Positions 34,825 to 44,751 of a DNA stretch of 64,000 nt are shown here, one piece after another. The DNA is taken from positions 1-64,000 of the IMG/VR virus record IMGVR_UViG_3300032516_000004; one strand, written 5' to 3'. Origin of the DNA: a virus. The notes under the pieces were generated by a model. The model saw only the letters and a program-made list of their open reading frames with translations, was not told where the DNA came from and did no database searches. Position 1 is the first letter of the stretch; every line of letters begins with the position of its first letter. The translations under genes and the position numbers were made by a program.

Positions 34825-37800
34825 AACAGCACTTAAAAAGCTCACGGGCGGTAAAATTGATGTTGATGCCGTATCTCCTAGTGGGCCACTAGCTCAAAAT
34901 GCCGACTGGCTGTTAAAACAGCATGAACAAAGAACATCTGGTATAAAAGTAGCACAACGTCGCCATGCGTCTATGGCCGCAATGCCAGTTTTAGCAGCCG
35001 CTCGTAAAGTGGCAGATGAATTGGTTAAAGAACGTGTATTGCCTGATGATACCCTTATTGTATCACGTTTTGATGCATTCTCAGTTGTTAAAGATGCGTC
35101 TCATAAATGTGCTAATGATATGGAATTGCGTAAATTTGCTCTTCATCTTGAAAGACTATGGCATACAGAGCCACTAGGTGCCCTGACAGCTGGTGCCCTG
35201 ACTCGTCTTCGTGATCATTATCAGGGCATGAATCCACGATCAGCGGTTGGTGAAGTAGTTGATACTTGTATTCCCAAGGTATCATTTAAAACATTGCCGG
35301 TTGCAAAATTAGTTCGTATTGCATCTCAAATCTCCAATCAAGAAGAGTATGACGCCGCGATTGAACGGAACGGTCTTTACACTGATGATCCTATTAGTGT
35401 ACGAGCACGTACTTTTATTAGAGAACTGGTTAATAGAGCGTCCAAAACGAACGTTAGTTCGGTTCAAGCGGCTGAGACTAAAGACACCACTGAAACTAAA
35501 GGAGTTAGCAAATCTACGAGTATTAAGAAATTACATGGTCGTGATATTGCAACCCGCATTGCAAGCAGATTATATCGTGACGCTGAACAATTTGTTGAAC
35601 CTAAAACCGATGAAGCGGTAGAAGTTAAGGAAGAAGATAAAGTTGCTGAAGATGTTGGTATTGATGGAACTGGTGTACTTACGCACGCTGCTGAACTACG
35701 CCACGCGGCTCTTAAGAACTTAGCAATGACCGGCGAGGCAATGCCTAAGGAAGCAGTGGCTCCAGAGGGTTGGGAAGGTACTGTTAAGAAAATGAAGAAA
35801 TCTAAGAATGTTGAAAATCCTTGGGCTCTTGCCCACCATATGAAAAGTAAGGGTGCAGAGCCCCACTATACTGAGAAGGGTAAGAAGAAAGAACAATTCA
35901 AGAAAGATTCAGCTGAGAAGTTGCCAGACGCAAATTTTGAACCTAAGATAAATGACCAGCAACCTGATCAAGTAGCGGTTCCCGAATGTGGTTGTGAGGC
36001 GTTGGAAAGCAATAAAGAGTTTAAACAGGTTCGTCATAAGGCGGCATTAACCGCTAGCCATCCACTGGTCGATGATGGGTGCGACCATTTCCCAATCGAT
36101 ACAGACGAGCTTATGGCGGTCTCTATTAAGTCTGCTGAGTCGATGACTAAAACACCTGCTTGGTGGTTGGGCTCACTTGATGAGCTTAAGAGTATGGTAA
36201 AAGCAGCAGCTCTTCCACCATCACTTGAAAAATTTAAGTTTAAGAAGAAGACCGATAAGAAGGATGAGAAGAAGGGAAATCCATTTAGCAAAGATAAGAA
36301 AGCGTCAATTACTAAGGACGTAATTGAACAAACCATCGTTGCTGGTAGAGAATTTACAGCTTCTGGATATTCAATTTCTGTTGGGCAAAACGATATCGTT
36401 CAAATTACTACTAAATCTGGTAGTAAGAAATATCCATTGGTTGATCTGGATGGGGCGGTTGCTGACTTTATGTATTTAGTTAGTACGGCTAAGCACCCGG
36501 CAGGTTCACCACCCCCACCAGTTTTCTTTATCCGTGAAGGAATTAGAATGACGTGTCCAGGCTGTTTAGAAGTAAATAGCTATGACATGCCTAAAATTGC
36601 CGCTGATTTAACTTGTAATAACTGTAATGTGGTTATTCCATCAAAAGTGATCACATCAGCATTTAAAAACGACATGATTAATGAAGAGGCAATCCTAACG
36701 GCAGTTACACCAAATGATCTACAAGATGAATTTGGTGATAAATTCGCCAAGGCAGCTGAGATGATGGGTGCTGATGGTGTTGGTGCGGACGGCTGCAAAG
36801 CGGAAGCATACTCATTGGACGTGCCGGTTGAGAAATTGGCTGAGGTTTGGGATTTCATGGTTGAGGCTGGTTTTAAACCAATTGCTCAATTTGAAAATAT
36901 GGACAAAGAGCCAATAGACGAATTTGATACAGTTGATGATTTGAGCCCAACCCATGAACAAGAAGAGGGTGAAGAGCTGGAAGCAGCTGAAGAGCTAGAA
37001 GAAATTGCTCAAGATATCGTAGAGATTGCTGATGGTCTCAAAGGCATGGAACACCATGGACAGGCTGGTCCAGTACCAGGAGCTGTTATGCCACCATCTG
37101 GTGGGACGGTAGCTGAAGGTCTTGAACTTGATGGAACCCCTGGTTCGGGTCTTGGTGAACAGTGGGCAGATTGGCAAGTCATTCAAGCCGCCATGATGCA
37201 CTATCAACATCAGAACATGGGTGTTGCTGATGCTATTGGACAGTTTCAAAAAGATTATATGAAGGAACGAAAGGATAAGGAAGGTAATCTTATTGGTGGG
37301 CAACAATTTGATCAAAATGTGGTGGTACAGGTCGCAGCCGCTGTTTTTGGAACAGATGCGATGCAGCTTGGTGAACAGATGGCACTTGGTATGACTCCTC
37401 CTGGAATGGCGGGTCCAGAAGTTGAAGCGCCAGTAAGTGAGCCACCGGGACTAGGTGAGGCTGAAGTACCAGAAATGCCACCCAGCCGTCAACCTGGTAA
37501 ACCAAATAAGAATGTAGCGAAGAAGAAACGGGCTGACATTCCATCTACGGAAGTAAATGCACAACAACCAGATGCCGTTCAACCAGAAAAATTAGGACCA
37601 GATTCAGAACAGGCTGTTGAAATTCCTGGACCGGGTAAGGTTAAGACGCAGACTGGCAAACCACAAGGCAACGTAGCGCCAACAGATCTTGGTATCAGTT
37701 CAGACGCTAAGGATCCCGGAACATTCAAAGCTGAGAGCCCAAAAGACCAACACCCCGTAACGGATCAATCTGGTACGTCTTTGCCAGCCACCGATCTTGG

Positions 37801-37888
37801 AGAGGACAGCGATACAGGCGAAAACGCTACCACTAAGAGTATGGAGTCAAAGAGCAAAGCCGCACCCAGCGTTGTGCAGTCAAAGTAA
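34808..37888 (+). CDS. large head/core protein (1026 aa)
   Basis: WEGTVKKMKK...NPWALAH.M module, HFPIDT motif, Zn ribbon (CPGC...CNNC), many KxA motifs, P/G/E-rich tail. Confidence 0.7.
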   Translation: MTMQTRTALKKLTGGKIDVDAVSPSGPLAQNADWLLKQHEQRTSGIKVAQRRHASMAAMPVLAAARKVADELVKERVLPDDTLIVSRFDAFSVVKDASHKCANDMELRKFALHLERLWHTEPLGALTAGALTRLRDHYQGMNPRSAVGEVVDTCIPKVSFKTLPVAKLVRIASQISNQEEYDAAIERNGLYTDDPISVRARTFIRELVNRASKTNVSSVQAAETKDTTETKGVSKSTSIKKLHGRDIATRIASRLYRDAEQFVEPKTDEAVEVKEEDKVAEDVGIDGTGVLTHAAELRHAALKNLAMTGEAMPKEAVAPEGWEGTVKKMKKSKNVENPWALAHHMKSKGAEPHYTEKGKKKEQFKKDSAEKLPDANFEPKINDQQPDQVAVPECGCEALESNKEFKQVRHKAALTASHPLVDDGCDHFPIDTDELMAVSIKSAESMTKTPAWWLGSLDELKSMVKAAALPPSLEKFKFKKKTDKKDEKKGNPFSKDKKASITKDVIEQTIVAGREFTASGYSISVGQNDIVQITTKSGSKKYPLVDLDGAVADFMYLVSTAKHPAGSPPPPVFFIREGIRMTCPGCLEVNSYDMPKIAADLTCNNCNVVIPSKVITSAFKNDMINEEAILTAVTPNDLQDEFGDKFAKAAEMMGADGVGADGCKAEAYSLDVPVEKLAEVWDFMVEAGFKPIAQFENMDKEPIDEFDTVDDLSPTHEQEEGEELEAAEELEEIAQDIVEIADGLKGMEHHGQAGPVPGAVMPPSGGTVAEGLELDGTPGSGLGEQWADWQVIQAAMMHYQHQNMGVADAIGQFQKDYMKERKDKEGNLIGGQQFDQNVVVQVAAAVFGTDAMQLGEQMALGMTPPGMAGPEVEAPVSEPPGLGEAEVPEMPPSRQPGKPNKNVAKKKRADIPSTEVNAQQPDAVQPEKLGPDSEQAVEIPGPGKVKTQTGKPQGNVAPTDLGISSDAKDPGTFKAESPKDQHPVTDQSGTSLPATDLGEDSDTGENATTKSMESKSKAAPSVVQSK

Positions 37889-37913
37889 TCTTATGCTATG
37901 ATAGGGGTGCATA

Positions 37914-40900
37914 ATGATTTCGGATCGTAAATTTATTTCACGACCATCAAACGGTAAGAAGTATAGTAAGAAGGATTTTCTTGGCGTTACGGATGGTGAA
38001 CAATGGAATCTTGAGCATGTAGCTGAACTTATTGGTGCTCGTCAGCCACCAGCGGAAGATGATCCTCTTCCAGCTGGAACAATGGTTGAATTTAATGCTC
38101 CAGATGGAACACCTTATAAAGGTAGAGTCGCATCTAAAAGTGGTGAAGATTATATTGTTGATGTAACACCCGGTGAATCGTATCTAGTACCACCAGGTAA
38201 GCTTGCTAAGATTACACCAGAATCAGAACAGATTCGTGATGCGGTTCGTCGTGAAATTGCCCCGACAATGGAAAAGGTGTCTGAACACGAAGAATCTAAC
38301 AAACTTATTGTTAAAATATCGTACAGAGATCATCGGCCCAATGATGGTCATATGATGAACTGGGCGGCGCTGCATTATCCGGAATTACGTCTTGTAGACG
38401 CATTACCACAGATTGGTAGAAATATTAATCTGGTGTTCGAGCTTCCAAAACAAGCGGCTGAGGATGTACGACCACAAGGATCTGCTCCTCATATGCCAGG
38501 TGAACGTGGTCGTGGTTTGTCTAGTGAAGAAATTGAAGGTACAGGTGTAATTGGGGATAAAATTCCAGGTGGTTTGTCTGAGCAACCACTCGAGCAAGGC
38601 ATTAAAATTGAAATGGAACACACAAATGATCCAGAAGTCGCAAAAGAGATTGCGATGGACCATTTGATTGAGGATTCTAAATACTACGATAAGTTGAAGA
38701 AAATTGAAGCTAAGACAATTGGTTTTGATGAGGTTATTAAAGAAGCTCAGTTAGGTCAACCGGGTTCAGCTGATCAATTTAATGACCTAAATGACGCAGC
38801 GCGTAAAACGCTACAAGCGTTTAATATCAGTAATCCAGAACATTATGCGTCTCCTCAGGAAACCGAAGCGTTTGGTGAAGCTGAAAATAGTGGGGTAAGA
38901 CTCTGGTTCGTTCTTCACAGTAAAGAAGGGGAGAAAACATCCCCAATGTATATTACTCGTCAGGGGTCCATCGTTCCCAGCGACGAGGGCGGATCAAAGC
39001 TTGCTAGAGGTTTTGTACAGGTATCAGTTAAGAATGGTACCCCTGATTTACCGATGATCATGATTCAAGGACCATCTGGTCCAGAGTCATTGCAAGAATA
39101 CGGCTTTAGTGTTTCAGCGGCTATTATAAAAGCGGCCAATTCCGAATTAGCCAATAAACTAGTGATAAAGAGTAAAACAGATCCTAAAGTAGCTGTGGAA
39201 CTTGAAAAATACGTTGATAAAAATTTGGAAGATAACGATAAGATTATTGAGTTAACTCGTGCTATGTTAGCGAATCCAGAGTTAACTAAACAGCTTTCTA
39301 AATTATTAGGCGAACGGAAAACACATCAGTCCATCCCAACCGATCCAACTACTACATTAATTAGTAACTGGCCTGGTCAACAGTCCACACAATATCAACA
39401 CATTAAACCCTACGGTGATCCTGCTGGCGGTGTGGTGGAAGGACCATATCAAAAATCTGGTAACTATGCTGCTGGTGTTTTAGCTGCTCAAGAAATACTC
39501 GATACACGTGGATATTCTGCTGAAGCCCAGGCTGAATATGAGTCACGTCTTACTAAACTTGGTGTAGATAAAACAACCAAAGACCTTCTTACCAAATATT
39601 TCAAAGATTATGGTAAGCAGATGGTGCGTGACATTCCGCGTAAAAAGCATGCACAAAAAGAAGTTGATCCTGCTACCGTTCAATATTGGGTTAATTATTT
39701 TGGTAGTAGCATATTTGATGATGGGTGGTATGGTCAACAGATGACCCGCACTATCCCCAAGAAAACATATAAAGGAGATGGAACTACTGAGAGTGTTGAC
39801 TCTGACGATGAAGAAGGTGTAATTGGCAACCCGGATAAAACATTTAGTAAGGAAGCACAGTGGCTCGGTAAAACCACCAAGGGTGGTCCTAAATATGTAC
39901 GACCTCCACGTCCGACCACAACCCCAGGATTTTTCTCACCAGGTGGCTTTTTACAAAAGAAAAAAGTTGATCCTATTAAGGGTACCATAGGACAGGCCGG
40001 TTCTGCTGCTGAGCAGCTTTTATCTCACGCCAGAATTAATCCGCAAGTCGCGCAACACATTGATAAATTGTTACACACATATCAGGCCAGTGACGCGTCT
40101 GCTAGACAAAAAGCAATTACAGATATTAGACTTAAGAATCCACAATATCAACCACCAGCAGGTTGGCAAGCATATGATGATACTCTTAGGGCTGCTTTGT
40201 TACCAAGAGCACTTGCAACTATATCAGGTGCCATAGAAGAAGCACTAAAAGTGGTGCAACAATCAGCTGCTAGTAGTACCCCAGCCAAGCAAACCACCTC
40301 AACTGGTACAGAAACCATCTATGGTTCTGAAGGTGAGATGATTAGCGCGTCTAAGATTGCAAGTAGTGATTACACAGCTTATATTAAGAAAACGAATAAA
40401 GGATATGAAGTAAAGAGTGAAAAGAACCCGAGTTGGAGTGGTGGTACATATAAGAGTAAAGGAGAAGCCGAGAAACGACTTCAACAAGTAGAAATGTTTA
40501 AACATATGTCGTTCGTGGCATATGGAGATATTGAATCAAATCATATGTTTGGTAAGATATCTGAATGTTTGTCAATTTGTGATAATACAGTTGGCATTCT
40601 TACTATGGTTAGTACTCTAATTGATGATGAATCGTTAAATAAGAGCGCTGAGATTCAAAAGCTAGCCAAAACGTTACGCGACATGGTGGTTGAGGCAATT
40701 CAAAAGGCTGAGACAGATCCATCATCTGAATTTTCACGTGATCTATCCGGTTTATATCATGGATATCTAGCTAAACATCCCGATCTTGAATGGAAAATGC
40801 TAGAGGGAAAAGGTAGACGACATCTTACACCAGAAGAAATATCAGAAATTTTGTATACAGCCGCCCATGAACGGACATTTTTCAAAGCCTTTCAAAAGTT

Positions 40901-43127
40901 GCTTGATAGGTATGAGCGTAAAGATAAAGAGAAAACATGGCAAGAATTAGGTGAAGAACGTAAGAAGTTATATAAAGAAAAGAGACAGAAAGAGCGTAAA
41001 CCCTGGTTACAATGGATCAAAGAAAAGGTGTCGCCAGAAACACCAGTTGCCAAGCCGTTGGAACCATCAAAACCCATAGAACAACGACCATGGGAAAAAG
41101 AAGAGCCAAAATGGGAAGATGTGCCCAGCGCTCAGGAATCAGTTCCACCAACACCAGAAAAGGCAGAAGAACCTGAGCCAACACCAGCTAAACCAGCTCC
41201 TGAAACACCCAAGATGTTTGGGCCTCCAACCGAACATGTACCTAAGGTACCACCAGGAAAATCACAACCACCTGTTAAGCAATCCCCAACATCTCAAGAA
41301 AGAAAGGTTATTGAAGATGTAGCAAAACAATTCGCTGGTCAAAAGGGACCAGTCATGGAATTTATGCAAAAATTAATGAAAACTATACCCTGGCCAAAAC
41401 CTGAAACACAGGAACAACTTAAGCAATATAGGGAAAAGGGATATCCATCTAAAATTGGAATGACAGTGTATGAAATTTGTGAATATCATCCAGATTTTGC
41501 ATATAAATTCTTAATTCCACACTATTCATCCCAAGGGGATGAAAAATCAGCAAACGCGATTAGGGTTTATTTACAGCAAAAAGGTGTGCTTGAGGGATTT
41601 GAAGCTCCTCCTGGTGTTAGACCACCAAAGAAAGAGAAGGAACGATTAGTAAAATGGAAAGGTGAAACACCAGAACCAGAATTATCAGAAGAACCCAAGC
41701 AGAAACCCAAGTTTATGGAATCTAAGTGGGACACATTTCAGGTTCCAGCATTTAGTAATGCAACTATTCCAGAGATCATGAATAATCTTTGGGACAAGAA
41801 AAAACAATTAAATACATTCTTAGATTACATGGCCGTTCATCATTATAATGAAATTACGGAATGGGGTAAAGAGGCACTTCCTGAAAAGATGTCTGATCGA
41901 TGGGTAGAAAATGTTGATCAACGTCGTAAACAGTACATACATACCGAGGAACAACGACGACCCATTGAAGAAGCAACAGAAACCGGCACACTTAGCAGTG
42001 TGTTAAAGTGGACTATTCCAGAAAATACAGACATTCCAGCATTTGCGGGTGATACCCTAGAACAGGCTCTTAAAAAGAATAAGAAGGCTGTTATTGATTT
42101 TATGTTAAAGGATGGCGATAGACGCACAATATTGCTATCATATATTAAACATAAGTTTCCAGATCAATATCAGTATTGGCTAGATAAAGTTTCTGATATG
42201 GAGAGTGGTGAAAAGCCACCAGAGAAGCCAAAGAGTCAAGTATTTGAACCATTACCTAGTGGAAGATACAAAGGTAAATCAATACCAGAAGTTTTATCGG
42301 TAATAAAGGGTACTGGTGGGTTATTAGAAGACCCCGCTAAAATTAATCCTCAAGCAATAGATTTTTTGGCGGAAGTGTATGAGGAAGCACCAGAACATTA
42401 TGAAATGTATATGAAAACTATGGACCCAAGTGTCCGAGAGGTGTATGATAAAAAAATTCTTAGCCGATTAAAGGAACAAGAGGAACCTATTGAAATTGAA
42501 GAATCGTTAGAAGAAGAGGAAGAGCTTCCATCTGAAATAGTTGAATATGCTGGTGAAGAAGAAGACGAAGAACCTGAGGAAGAAACGAGTGCGTGGGAGA
42601 AAGATAAAGCCCTTCGTAGTGCTATTTATGGGAAAGAAATGTCGATGAGAGGCCCACATCGGGGATCTATTGGAGAAAATGATATGAGAAAATGGAGTAA
42701 AGCCGGTCCTGGTCCATCTGCTTATAATGCACCTGGTAAGAATGATAAAGAAGATTATGACTATAAGGAGCGTAATAAACAACCATCTAAACTTCGTACT
42801 AGGTTTAACATTACACGAACGCATTCTACCAGCTCTACCAGAGATGGTGGATATGTAATAATGGAACTTGGTTGGGATCCAGAGACATTTAAGGGAATGA
42901 GCCCACAGAACATTCAGCATCAAGTAATTTCATATATTAAGGGTCTTGAGAGCGATAAATATTTTCATGATTTTGGTGTTATGGGTAAAGCTAAAATTAC
43001 CATGTTTGATGAAGAGGCTGGTGTAGCTGAAATAAAAGTACGATGTAGCGAAACTCGTGGTATTATGCCAGTTACCTATTGTACTGATGATCCTAGTGTT
43101 AGAGTTCCAACAACCGGCATTCGATAG
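37914..43127 (+). CDS. very large head/core protein (1737 aa) with DUF5661-like module
   Basis: GIKIEMEHTNDPEVAKEIAMDHL.ED.KYY.KL; YEVKSEK...GGTY.SK.EAEKRLQQVEMFKH module; KxA motifs. Confidence 0.75.
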   Translation: MISDRKFISRPSNGKKYSKKDFLGVTDGEQWNLEHVAELIGARQPPAEDDPLPAGTMVEFNAPDGTPYKGRVASKSGEDYIVDVTPGESYLVPPGKLAKITPESEQIRDAVRREIAPTMEKVSEHEESNKLIVKISYRDHRPNDGHMMNWAALHYPELRLVDALPQIGRNINLVFELPKQAAEDVRPQGSAPHMPGERGRGLSSEEIEGTGVIGDKIPGGLSEQPLEQGIKIEMEHTNDPEVAKEIAMDHLIEDSKYYDKLKKIEAKTIGFDEVIKEAQLGQPGSADQFNDLNDAARKTLQAFNISNPEHYASPQETEAFGEAENSGVRLWFVLHSKEGEKTSPMYITRQGSIVPSDEGGSKLARGFVQVSVKNGTPDLPMIMIQGPSGPESLQEYGFSVSAAIIKAANSELANKLVIKSKTDPKVAVELEKYVDKNLEDNDKIIELTRAMLANPELTKQLSKLLGERKTHQSIPTDPTTTLISNWPGQQSTQYQHIKPYGDPAGGVVEGPYQKSGNYAAGVLAAQEILDTRGYSAEAQAEYESRLTKLGVDKTTKDLLTKYFKDYGKQMVRDIPRKKHAQKEVDPATVQYWVNYFGSSIFDDGWYGQQMTRTIPKKTYKGDGTTESVDSDDEEGVIGNPDKTFSKEAQWLGKTTKGGPKYVRPPRPTTTPGFFSPGGFLQKKKVDPIKGTIGQAGSAAEQLLSHARINPQVAQHIDKLLHTYQASDASARQKAITDIRLKNPQYQPPAGWQAYDDTLRAALLPRALATISGAIEEALKVVQQSAASSTPAKQTTSTGTETIYGSEGEMISASKIASSDYTAYIKKTNKGYEVKSEKNPSWSGGTYKSKGEAEKRLQQVEMFKHMSFVAYGDIESNHMFGKISECLSICDNTVGILTMVSTLIDDESLNKSAEIQKLAKTLRDMVVEAIQKAETDPSSEFSRDLSGLYHGYLAKHPDLEWKMLEGKGRRHLTPEEISEILYTAAHERTFFKAFQKLLDRYERKDKEKTWQELGEERKKLYKEKRQKERKPWLQWIKEKVSPETPVAKPLEPSKPIEQRPWEKEEPKWEDVPSAQESVPPTPEKAEEPEPTPAKPAPETPKMFGPPTEHVPKVPPGKSQPPVKQSPTSQERKVIEDVAKQFAGQKGPVMEFMQKLMKTIPWPKPETQEQLKQYREKGYPSKIGMTVYEICEYHPDFAYKFLIPHYSSQGDEKSANAIRVYLQQKGVLEGFEAPPGVRPPKKEKERLVKWKGETPEPELSEEPKQKPKFMESKWDTFQVPAFSNATIPEIMNNLWDKKKQLNTFLDYMAVHHYNEITEWGKEALPEKMSDRWVENVDQRRKQYIHTEEQRRPIEEATETGTLSSVLKWTIPENTDIPAFAGDTLEQALKKNKKAVIDFMLKDGDRRTILLSYIKHKFPDQYQYWLDKVSDMESGEKPPEKPKSQVFEPLPSGRYKGKSIPEVLSVIKGTGGLLEDPAKINPQAIDFLAEVYEEAPEHYEMYMKTMDPSVREVYDKKILSRLKEQEEPIEIEESLEEEEELPSEIVEYAGEEEDEEPEEETSAWEKDKALRSAIYGKEMSMRGPHRGSIGENDMRKWSKAGPGPSAYNAPGKNDKEDYDYKERNKQPSKLRTRFNITRTHSTSSTRDGGYVIMELGWDPETFKGMSPQNIQHQVISYIKGLESDKYFHDFGVMGKAKITMFDEEAGVAEIKVRCSETRGIMPVTYCTDDPSVRVPTTGIR

Positions 43128-43136
43128 GAGACTATT

Positions 43137-43706
43137 ATGCGATACATGTTGGTGAATGTTAGTGAGGGGAATTTACCTATAGACCTACATCACCCAGACG
43201 TGTCATATCAAAGAGCTAAGATGCGTCGGTTAGGCCCGGATGTTGCGGTAAGTATTCCACGTGGTGAGTCGATTGACATTCTTCCACATTTTAAAGGTTC
43301 TATTGAACGAGCACACGCAGCAATCAAGCATAGTCGTGATATTTTGAAGCTTCTAAATCCAAATCAGCTACACATTTATGTTTGTGATGATGCTGGAAAT
43401 CGTATTGATGTTGATAAGCTGTTAAGTTGTGAAGGAAGTGAAAAACCAGTTGATGTAACACATAAAGATGATACTACAAGACCGGACATCGAATTAGCAC
43501 AGACATTAGCTAGTCAGGATCAATTTGAAGCCAACAAACGTGGTGAGGCTAATACGCCTAAAACATATATACGATATAAAGTTGAAGATCTTGAAAAACT
43601 TACCAAAAATCAAATTGTAAAATTAGCTAAGAAGGAAATGAATCTTACAATTGACACCAGATTGTCTAAGGGTGATATGATTAAAATAGTTATTGGGTCA
43701 TATTAA
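43137..43706 (+). CDS. protein with C-terminal Rho-N/HeH-like domain
   Basis: LEKLTKNQIVKLAK.....I...LSKGDMIK.V. Confidence 0.6.
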   Translation: MRYMLVNVSEGNLPIDLHHPDVSYQRAKMRRLGPDVAVSIPRGESIDILPHFKGSIERAHAAIKHSRDILKLLNPNQLHIYVCDDAGNRIDVDKLLSCEGSEKPVDVTHKDDTTRPDIELAQTLASQDQFEANKRGEANTPKTYIRYKVEDLEKLTKNQIVKLAKKEMNLTIDTRLSKGDMIKIVIGSY

Positions 43707-44749
43707 TGACAGCTAAAGTACCAGTTCTTACCCATGAAGAGGAAGAAATTGCTGAAGAGGTACTAGAATCTAGTGCCGAGGATGCAATCAAAACTAGTGC
43801 TGCCACGATATCTCCAGATGACGCACTAACCTCTACCAGGATAATTGAAGATAAGGAACAGCTATCCAAAGAATTAGAGAGCGTGTCGTCAGAACTAGAA
43901 AAAGTAATCAAACATAAGGAATCAACCAAGAAATTAGCTATATCAGCAAAATTAACTGAAATATTAAATGCCGCTGAATCAGACGGACCAAGCCCAATTA
44001 TCATTCCGAAAATGAGTACATTGTGCTCTGTCTGTAAATGGTCAATAACTAATACCGAATTATATAACTGGATGTCCCAACTAGCCCTTGGTGGGCTTTC
44101 GTATGGTAGAATCTGGCGGCTGTTAACTGACTACATTCCAAAAATGCACCCCAATGTTAAAGTTCCAACTAGGAAGACTGTTTGGGTGCATTTTGAAAAG
44201 CATGTTTTTCCTAAAGAGACAATGGAGATAATGGCGGCTAGAAAAGCTCGCTGCCCAACAGCCCAGGACGAACTTGTTGAGAGCCAAACACTTAAAGAAG
44301 TGTTGGCCGGTCATTTTGATGAGTACAAAGAATTATGTTCTCTTTACACTAAATTTAGAGAAGTAAATGATAAAATATATGCGACCGCTGGATCTTTAAT
44401 GATAAGTAGGGGTGGATTTAACGAGTGGTCACAAAATAAAATTCAAACTTATGTGTCGATGATTAATACACAAAAGTCTATTCTTGCAGAAATTGGCAAG
44501 ATGCGACAGGGCGATAAGTTAGTAAGCGTTGTAGCCAAATTTATTATCGAATTATTTACAAAGAGTATTGTTAATAAGTTATCCGAAGAATTTGACACGC
44601 TTGCTGGTATTATGCGTCGCCAAGGAGTTCCTAATGATGTACTAGACGCATTCGCGGCTGTAACTCATGAACGCCTTGGACATTTAATTATTGAAGAAGC
44701 TAGATCTGCCATGGATCAAACCAAAAAAGAATTTAAACTCCCTAATTAG
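43706..44749 (+). CDS. Zn-HTH protein, candidate terminase small subunit
   Basis: CSVC...GLSYGRI...TVWVHFEKH; position upstream of terL. Confidence 0.4.
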   Translation: MTAKVPVLTHEEEEIAEEVLESSAEDAIKTSAATISPDDALTSTRIIEDKEQLSKELESVSSELEKVIKHKESTKKLAISAKLTEILNAAESDGPSPIIIPKMSTLCSVCKWSITNTELYNWMSQLALGGLSYGRIWRLLTDYIPKMHPNVKVPTRKTVWVHFEKHVFPKETMEIMAARKARCPTAQDELVESQTLKEVLAGHFDEYKELCSLYTKFREVNDKIYATAGSLMISRGGFNEWSQNKIQTYVSMINTQKSILAEIGKMRQGDKLVSVVAKFIIELFTKSIVNKLSEEFDTLAGIMRRQGVPNDVLDAFAAVTHERLGHLIIEEARSAMDQTKKEFKLPN

Positions 44750-44751
44750 CC

